This document shows positions 31,041 through 37,347 of a DNA stretch of 37,347 bases, piece after piece. The stretch comes from Candidatus Fermentibacterota bacterium. Its GTDB lineage: Bacteria > JAFGKV01. A program made the translations under genes and the position numbers. Location: positions 1-37,347 of the forward strand of contig JAFGKV010000296.1 in assembly GCA_016928395.1 (NCBI GenBank), written 5' to 3'. Each line of letters starts with the position of its first letter. The first letter of the stretch is position 1. The notes beneath the pieces were generated by a model. It was not told where the DNA came from and made no database searches. It saw only the letters and a program-made list of their open reading frames with translations.

Positions 31041-31056
31041 TGCAATGTCCATGCCG
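31041..31056 (-). promoter_or_regulatory. Sigma54 -24/-12 promoter upstream of the DUF362 gene
   Basis: Minus strand CGGCATGGACATTGCA versus consensus TGGCACGnnnnTTGCW; exact GG-N10-GC spacing; 43 nt before the start codon. Confidence 0.7.
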
Positions 31057-31214
31057 CGAAACCCCCGCGCAACTCGGTCACCGGGTGGCCGGCTGACCGC
31101 CTGGCCAGTGAAGACACCGGTAGACGTACCGCGCAGTGCGGCAACCCGCCACGATGACGGCAAGACCATGGCCCGCGCAGATTGCCCGTGCGGGGACCCG
31201 CCCCACCCGACGCC

Positions 31215-32150
31215 TCAGCGACCCTGGGCGTCGGTCAGGTAGCGATAGAAGTCCCCGTCAGTGGAGAGCAGCAGAGTCGTGGTGGAATCCACGGCCTGCG
31301 CGTAGGTCTCCAGGGTCTTGATAAACTCGTAGAAGTTCCGGGTATCCGGTGTCCGGTCATAGGCCGCGGCGTACACTGAGGTGGCCCGGGCATCGGCGTC
31401 ACCCCTGATGCTCTGCGATTGCCGGTACGCATCCGACTGGATCTGCCGGAGATCGCGGTCACGCTCGCCGCTGATCCGGGATGCTTCGCCCTGGCCCTCG
31501 CTGCGGAAGCGGTCGGCAATGCGGCGTCGTTCCGAGACCATCCGTTCATAGACCTTCTGCTCCACCTCACTGACATAGTTGATACGCTTGAAGCGCATGT
31601 CGAGGATCTCGATGCCCAAGTCGGAAGTGCGCGCCCGGGCGGCAGCCAGAATCTCCGCGCGGATCAGGTCGCGGCCGGAGGCGATACCGTCAAGAGTGAC
31701 TTGCTCCTCAGTCTCCACGTTCGACTGCTCGGGTTGCCGGTTCGTGCTGCGCACGAACTCCACCAGGTCATACTTGGCGATGGCGTTGCGGGTCTCTCCG
31801 TCGAGAATGTCGTCGAGCCGGGTCTGGGCACCCCGCTCGTCCCGCAGTCGTTGGAAGAAGAGCAGGGGGTCGGTGATTCGCCACCGGGCATAGGTATTGA
31901 CCCAGATGAAGCGCTTGTCGCGGGTCGGCAGTTGGTTGGGATCGCCGTCCCACGCCAGGAAGCGCCGGTCGAAACGATGGGTCTTCTGGATCAACGGCAC
32001 CTTGAACGCGAGGCCAGGCCTGCTGATCGGCGCTCCCACCGGCTTGCCAAACTGAGTGATGATGACCTGCTCGGTCTCCTGGACGACATACACCGCGTCC
32101 AGCGCTACCCACGCAACCGCCACCAGTACGATAGCTATACCGATCCTCAT
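31215..32150 (-). CDS. hflC: FtsH modulator HflC
   Basis: VQETEQVIITQFGKP, T.DKRFI.V..YARWRI.DP, YERM.SERRRIA..FRSEG, FYEF.KTLETY. Confidence 0.95.
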   Translation of the reverse strand: MRIGIAIVLVAVAWVALDAVYVVQETEQVIITQFGKPVGAPISRPGLAFKVPLIQKTHRFDRRFLAWDGDPNQLPTRDKRFIWVNTYARWRITDPLLFFQRLRDERGAQTRLDDILDGETRNAIAKYDLVEFVRSTNRQPEQSNVETEEQVTLDGIASGRDLIRAEILAAARARTSDLGIEILDMRFKRINYVSEVEQKVYERMVSERRRIADRFRSEGQGEASRISGERDRDLRQIQSDAYRQSQSIRGDADARATSVYAAAYDRTPDTRNFYEFIKTLETYAQAVDSTTTLLLSTDGDFYRYLTDAQGR

Positions 32151-33133
32151 TTCGACGTCCCTCCTCGCACCTTGCTCAGGTCCAGGAGCGGCAGCACCGA
32201 TCGCAGGTCCTTGTCAACCACGATCTTGCGTTCCACGTTGGGAAGCACCTGGGCCAGCATCTCGAGGTAGAGGCGGCGGCGCGTCACCTCGGGCGCGCGG
32301 CGATAGGCCTCGTAGACCGCCACGAACAGGGCACTGTCGCCCCGGGCACGATTGACTCGCTCCAGGGCATAACCTTCCGCTTCCTGGATTGTCTGCAGCG
32401 CCTCGCCACGGGCGCGCGGAATCACCTGGTTGTACTCGCTCTGGGCCTGATTGATGAGCTTGGACTTCTCCTGTTGGGCCTCGTTGACCTCATTGAACGA
32501 CGGCTTTACCGGATCGGGCGGGTTCACATCCTGCAGCACGACCTGCTCGACCTTGATGCCCGTCTCATACTGGTCGCATAATGCCTGAAGGCTTCGCTCA
32601 ACCTCCAGGGCGATCTCGGCCCGGCCGACGGTGAGCACCTCGTTGACGGTGCGGTCACCGACGACCTGCCGCATAAGCGCCTCGCTCATGTCACGAAAGG
32701 TTTCCTCCACGTTGCGGACGCGAAACAGGTACTTGTAGGGGTCGACCACGCGGAACTGTACGACCCACTCCACCACCGCGGCATTGAGGTCGCCCGTGAG
32801 GATATTGGCCTCCTCGGCGTAGCCGCGGGAAGAGTACTGGGTCTGCACATCGGAGCGCACGGTCCTGAACCCGAACTCCGCCTTGAGCTGCCGCTGCACG
32901 GGCACCTTGCGAACCATCTCGACACCCAAGGGCATCTTGAAGTGCAGCCCCGGATCAGTGGCACGGACGTACTTGCCGAATCGGAGCACGAGCCCCGTCT
33001 CCTCCGGCCCCACGGTATAGGCGCTGGTCAGCACCGCCACCACGGCCAGCAAGACGAGACCGATCCGCTTCAGCCCTCCCGCGCTGATCTGTGGGATGCT
33101 TATCTCAGTTCTGCCGGGATCAAAGCGCTTCAT
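32147..33133 (-). CDS. hflK: FtsH modulator HflK
   Basis: VLRFGKY, LTGDLN, LQDVNPPDPV..SFNEV, IPRARGEA, APEVTRRRLYLE; AAGGAGG RBS. Confidence 0.95.
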   Translation of the reverse strand: MKRFDPGRTEISIPQISAGGLKRIGLVLLAVVAVLTSAYTVGPEETGLVLRFGKYVRATDPGLHFKMPLGVEMVRKVPVQRQLKAEFGFRTVRSDVQTQYSSRGYAEEANILTGDLNAAVVEWVVQFRVVDPYKYLFRVRNVEETFRDMSEALMRQVVGDRTVNEVLTVGRAEIALEVERSLQALCDQYETGIKVEQVVLQDVNPPDPVKPSFNEVNEAQQEKSKLINQAQSEYNQVIPRARGEALQTIQEAEGYALERVNRARGDSALFVAVYEAYRRAPEVTRRRLYLEMLAQVLPNVERKIVVDKDLRSVLPLLDLSKVRGGTSK

Positions 33134-33348
33134 GATTCGCGCCTCCTTTCACTTTCCAAAGAGATCGCCGTATCCCTAACACCTTACGGCATTGGGCCCG
33201 AAAACGAAAGTGTTGTCTCTTCGGTTCGCGCACCCCGCAGGGTATGCGGAGGCCGGCGGGGAGCCGATGCCGTCGCATCCGGGGCTGCCAGCAGCGGACC
33301 GGGGCTTTCCAGGGCGCTCTCTCGCCGGTTCAGGCCCGGAGTGTAGGT

Positions 33349-34119
33349 TCACACCCCAGGGGTATCGGCGGGTTTCCTGCAGAAGAAGAACGCGCGGCCA
33401 CTTTCAGGAGATGGCGGCGCCATGTTGCGAAGGTTGGCGAAGATCCCCAGTTCATCGAACCCGGCCCGGGCCAGCAGAGCGCGGACTATTTCAAGCCGAT
33501 AGCCCCGCTCCCGGTGCTCCTCCTCTACCCGGCGCCACCCGGCGCCTTCCCGGATGAAGGCGGTGATCCGTAGGGCCGCGATGGCTGTCTCGAAGTCAAA
33601 CCGGGGGCGATGAATCTCGAACACCGTTCCATCGTCGCGCTGGACAAGGCACTCGGACCGCCGCCAGTTCACCGCAAGGCCATACAGAGTGTTCACATCG
33701 AACGCATAGATGCCTCCCGGCGCCAATGCCCGGTGCGCGGCTTGGAATGCGCCGAAGAGATCATCCTCGGTCAGGAGGTAGTTCAGGCTGTCATACCAGC
33801 AGGTGACCAGATCGAACTCCCCGGCAAAGGGAAGATCGCGCATATCGTGGCAGCACAGGCGTGGCGAGACGCCCTGCATCGCCGCCCGGACCCGGGCCAG
33901 ATGGACCATCCGGGCAGAGGCATCGACTCCGGTAACCTTGATGCCCCGGGATGCCATGGTGGCAGCAAAAGTGCCCTCACCGCAGCAGACATCCAGAAGC
34001 GTACGCGGGGCGGCATTGAAGCGCTCCAGCACCGTCGGCAAGAGCTCGGCGATCCCAGCGGAATAGGCAGGATAGTCTCCGTTGGCGTAAATCTCGGCGA
34101 ACTCCTCATAGGTGGGCAT
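33349..34119 (-). CDS. Class I SAM-dependent methyltransferase
   Basis: LDVCCGEG, GVDAS..M, DMRD, FDLVTC.YDSLNYL, L.PGG..AFDVNT, EEH.ER; AGGAG RBS before ATG 34119. Confidence 0.9.
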   Translation of the reverse strand: MPTYEEFAEIYANGDYPAYSAGIAELLPTVLERFNAAPRTLLDVCCGEGTFAATMASRGIKVTGVDASARMVHLARVRAAMQGVSPRLCCHDMRDLPFAGEFDLVTCWYDSLNYLLTEDDLFGAFQAAHRALAPGGIYAFDVNTLYGLAVNWRRSECLVQRDDGTVFEIHRPRFDFETAIAALRITAFIREGAGWRRVEEEHRERGYRLEIVRALLARAGFDELGIFANLRNMAPPSPESGRAFFFCRKPADTPGV

Positions 34120-34221
34120 TGGCTCTCCTGCAGGGGGCAGCGCAGGGGGAAAGCTCGACGTGGATTGACTATCGCGGTAGCCCAAAGATCACCCTTGCCT
34201 CCTGCCCGACACTGTCGGCGC

Positions 34222-35289
34222 CTACAGTGCCGCCAGTTCGGTCAAAAGACCCGTGATGAGTTCCTTGACCGTCACGATCTCCTTGATTCGATAGGCGTTG
34301 TGTCCACAGAAGATGAGCCCGTGGTCGACATCGCCGAAATAGGAGTTCAAAAGGGCCAGGGCGATGCAATACCTTGCCTTCTCCGCCTTGCAGGCCGTGA
34401 GGCATCGATAGGGGCACCTGATTGGCAACTTCTCTTTCGTCTCGAGATCCCGTAAGAACCTGTTCCGAATTGCCCTGCCTGGCATACCGACCGGGCTGTC
34501 TATTATGACGATGTCCTCTTCGTCGGCATCGAGGTAGGCCTGTTTGAACTCCGGAGAGACACCGCATTCAACCGTACAGACAAAACGGGTGGCCATCTGC
34601 ACTCCGGATGCGCCCAAGCGAAACATCCGGGCGATATCCTGCGCATCGAAGATGCCTCCGGCGGCGATTACCGGGATCTTCCTTCCGTACTTGTCTTCAT
34701 AGCCCTTCAGAACCTCCAGGAGCTTTGGCAAGAGACAATCCAGGGAAAACTCATCCGGCCTCGTGAGTTGGTCTTTCGAGAAACCGAGATGCCCTCCGGC
34801 CAAAGGTCCCTCGAGAATGAAGCCGTCCGCAGTTCTGCCGTAGTGCTTGTCCCACACTCGCAGGATCAGCTCCGCCACTCGTGCCGAGCTGACAATCGGC
34901 ACGAGGTTGACGGAACTGTCATTCGCCACAGCCGGGAGTTTCGTCGGCAGTCCCGCACCGAATACGACGAGCTTGATTCCTTCACGAATTGCCGTCTTGA
35001 TCAGGTCGTCGACGTTGCTAAGCACACCCATGAAGTTTACGGCAAGATGGCCGTCTGTCATCGCTCGCGCTTTGGCAATCTCTCGCACCAGGGCCTCGCG
35101 AGACATGGTCTCATACTCCGTCTTCATCGCTTCGGGATCACCAAGTCCTATGCTGGAGATGGTGCCTATACCGCCTTCATTGGCCACTGCTGAGGCAAGC
35201 GAGGAGAGGGAAACCCTCACGCCCATGCCTCCCTGCACAATGGGGACATCAGCGGTTATGCTTCCAATGTGGAGCTTCGGTATCTTCAT
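34222..35289 (-). CDS. Nitronate monooxygenase/FabK-family flavoprotein, FabX-like with Fe-S Cys motif
   Basis: PIVQGGMGV, GAGLP, PIVSSAR, EGPLAGGHLG, IAAGGI, GVQMATRF, SPVGMPGRA, CPYRCLTAC...YCI. Confidence 0.88.
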   Translation of the reverse strand: MKIPKLHIGSITADVPIVQGGMGVRVSLSSLASAVANEGGIGTISSIGLGDPEAMKTEYETMSREALVREIAKARAMTDGHLAVNFMGVLSNVDDLIKTAIREGIKLVVFGAGLPTKLPAVANDSSVNLVPIVSSARVAELILRVWDKHYGRTADGFILEGPLAGGHLGFSKDQLTRPDEFSLDCLLPKLLEVLKGYEDKYGRKIPVIAAGGIFDAQDIARMFRLGASGVQMATRFVCTVECGVSPEFKQAYLDADEEDIVIIDSPVGMPGRAIRNRFLRDLETKEKLPIRCPYRCLTACKAEKARYCIALALLNSYFGDVDHGLIFCGHNAYRIKEIVTVKELITGLLTELAAL

Positions 35290-35709
35290 ATCAGCCCGTG
35301 TGCATCCCTTCCATGAGACGGAAGCCACCCTCGATAATCATGGAGAACTTCGTGCGGCTCCCCAAAGAACCACGGATTCACGTCTCGTCAGCGCACAGCC
35401 ACACGAATAGTCCTGAGAAGAGTCCTGATCGGATTCTTCACAGTTGATCATTGGCGGCAAGGTGCAGGTGAGAACTCAGTGAACGGCTCGCAATGTAGTA
35501 TGCTGCCTCGGCGGCCGCTATGCGGTCGTTCCATGCCTCGTCATTGTTGCCAACGTTCAGCCGTTCACCCATCCCGTCGTCCCCGGGCCGAACTATCGGA
35601 TCCGGTGTTTCCAATTCCGGATCTCCGCCCCATCGAGTGCGCCCGATGTACGACAAAATCTGCGGCCTGGCTGCCCCCTCTCTGTGGTATCCCGCTCTGC
35701 ACCTGCAGG

Positions 35710-35729
35710 AAACGGCAGGGGGGCTGCCG
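35710..35729 (-). terminator. Possible intrinsic terminator after the LEA_2 gene
   Basis: CGGCAG-ccccc-CTGCCG-TTT on the minus strand, 12 nt after the stop; short U tract. Confidence 0.4.
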
Positions 35730-35741
35730 GGCGACAAAGCC

Positions 35742-36596
35742 CTACCGGGTGATCCGGATGGAGCCGCTCTCATTCAACGGCAAGGTCGCCTGCTGAAGCA
35801 GCGGCAGAGAAGTGCCCAAGCCCACAGAGCCCCCGAGCTGGTACGACACCTCAGATGAACCCCTGACTAGATCGTAGATACCCGCCCCGATGTGCAGGAA
35901 GTCCAGTGAGACCGGTATTCGGAGTTCGCCGTGTCCCTTCCTAGGGATCGAATCCGTCCTGTGAGATTGCCCGGTGACCCACGATGCTCCGTTGATGCTG
36001 AGGTTGTAGCCAATCTGCTTCATCGAAAGGTCGAAAGCGTTGGGGTTGCTCATCGAGAGTACGATGTCCATGGTCGCTCCGGTCAGGGTCAGATCTCTCA
36101 CATGAAGTCTGCTGACCGACAGGCTGGGCAGCTTCACCATGGGAAGCGTCCCCGCGTGCTGCACGGGCACTTTGGTTCGCCCCAGAACCGGGAGGTCAAA
36201 GCTCAGACCGCAGGAGAGGCCGTAGGTCGCCTCGTCGCGGCCATGCAGGGAGGTGACTGAGGCGTAGAGGTCGCGAAAACGCAGCGAGAGCGGCAGAGAG
36301 ATGATTCGCTGTCCACCGGCTGGTACCGTAACGGATTGCGGGCGATTGCCGGTGAGAACCGAGCGGCCGTCGAGGCTGAGATCAAAGTCGAGCCCGGCCA
36401 GTGGAAGGGAAAATGAGTTGGGATTGATCACCTTCAGGTCTACAGCCAGATCTACTGCATCGAATGACAGGCCGGAGATGCGGGCATTCGCTACGGTGAC
36501 GCGAGGTTTCTGCGCTCGCGCCAGTTCCTGCACGGTAGAACAGCCTTGCACCATGACGGCGAGGACAACCACAAGAATCGCGAGAGTACGTCGCAT
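35742..36596 (-). CDS. Lipoprotein with tandem LEA_2 (WHy) domains
   Basis: AAGGAG RBS; MRRTLAILVVVLAVMVQGC lipobox; two NPN motifs (VINPNSF, MSNPNAF). Confidence 0.88.
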   Translation of the reverse strand: MRRTLAILVVVLAVMVQGCSTVQELARAQKPRVTVANARISGLSFDAVDLAVDLKVINPNSFSLPLAGLDFDLSLDGRSVLTGNRPQSVTVPAGGQRIISLPLSLRFRDLYASVTSLHGRDEATYGLSCGLSFDLPVLGRTKVPVQHAGTLPMVKLPSLSVSRLHVRDLTLTGATMDIVLSMSNPNAFDLSMKQIGYNLSINGASWVTGQSHRTDSIPRKGHGELRIPVSLDFLHIGAGIYDLVRGSSEVSYQLGGSVGLGTSLPLLQQATLPLNESGSIRITR

Positions 36597-36655
36597 CGCG
36601 ACTCCTTTGATGAACCCCCGCGGAATTCGCCTAGCAGGCACTTGACACTCGATCC

Positions 36656-36684
36656 AGTATCGGGGAGCCTGAGGTGAAAGGCAA
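36656..36684 (-). promoter_or_regulatory. Sigma70-type promoter candidate for the LEA_2 gene
   Basis: Minus strand TTGCCT-N17-GATACT. Confidence 0.4.
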
Positions 36685-36879
36685 GCCGTCCCGAGCATGC
36701 GCGCCGGATGCGCGGGCAATCGCCGCCCGAGTGCCGAACGAAGAAAGCCGGCGGGCCGGATGGAGGAATGGCATGGTGCCCAACACTGACGTTGACGTTG
36801 GGGAGTCACCTCTGCTTCATTTAGAGTCAGTCGCCACGTAAGCCAACAACGACCACCGTACCCCAGGAGGTGTGGAGCG

Positions 36880-37290
36880 ATGGGATCGCATCTCAAACTC
36901 ACTGTGAAGTGCCCTGCCTGTGGAGGCTCCCTGATGAACCCATATGTCCTTGTGGACGACCTCCCCTCGATCCACCTGGCGGTCCGGCGCGAGGGCACTG
37001 CCGGGAACGTCTATTTGAGCCAACTCTACGGGAGTCACGCCAAGCGCTTCGAGAACGTCGAAGACATCCCTGGCGCCGTGACTCCGTTCACATGCCCGCA
37101 CTGTGGTGCCGGATTCCGTGCCCATCATCCCTGCGAATGCGGCGCGCCCATGGTCTGGGTGCACCTCACCATGGGTGGAACCGTCAACTTCTGTACCCGT
37201 AACGGCTGCACCCGGCATTCCCTGGAGTTCGAAGACCCTGACGAGGCATTCATTCTCTTTCAATCCCAGGACGAGACTGGTCTGGGCTGA
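36880..37290 (+). CDS. Cys-rich putative metal-binding protein
   Basis: AGGAGG RBS; CPAC, CPHC, CEC, CTRNGCTRH. Confidence 0.8.
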   Translation: MGSHLKLTVKCPACGGSLMNPYVLVDDLPSIHLAVRREGTAGNVYLSQLYGSHAKRFENVEDIPGAVTPFTCPHCGAGFRAHHPCECGAPMVWVHLTMGGTVNFCTRNGCTRHSLEFEDPDEAFILFQSQDETGLG

Positions 37291-37347
37291 TGACGAAAAC
37301 CCGTCACTCCCGTGCGAGAGAGGATAGGAAGGCTCCCGCCGGAGCCG

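Noticed and set aside
35365..35440. Hammerhead (CUGACGA), TPP (CTGAGA..CCTGATC) or yybP riboswitch fragments
   Set aside because: Remaining core elements are missing, misordered or on the wrong strand
35438..35572. 44-aa ORF with AEAAYYIA, similar to DUF2934
   Set aside because: Lacks the rest of the motif and overlaps inverted repeats; likely chance

Overview
GC-rich bacterial chromosomal segment with about 26 credible CDSs. The alternative GlmU-like protein, FlgD/T9SS-like C-terminal domain and long GreA suggest an FCB-superphylum candidate lineage (inference). Gene order: lsrF-like aldolase/thiolase, Zn-dehydrogenase and class II aldolase (+); sigma54 activator, GlmU-like and vWA protein (-); selB and a sensor-less sigma54 activator (+); clpB (-); UDPGP-family pyrophosphorylase and Thr-type sulfatase-like protein (+); then a long minus-strand run (LEA_2 lipoprotein, FabX-like flavoprotein, methyltransferase, hflK-hflC, Tat-exported DUF362-FlgD protein, ispG, GT-C-like protein, hypothetical, UbiA-TPR, long GreA, PflX-like radical SAM, degenerate sulfatase-like lipoprotein, PNPOx-like) and a Cys-rich protein (+). 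I found no rRNA, tRNA, CRISPR array, transposase or integrase. The most notable signals are: (i) intergenic spacers packed with oriented 6/7/8-mer microrepeats and several REP-like inverted-repeat families, nested in 10737-11480; (ii) a near-consensus sigma54 promoter in front of the Tat+FlgD DUF362 gene, which heads a possible isoprenoid/envelope-lipid gene run. All family calls come from motif recognition by eye; no database searches were run.
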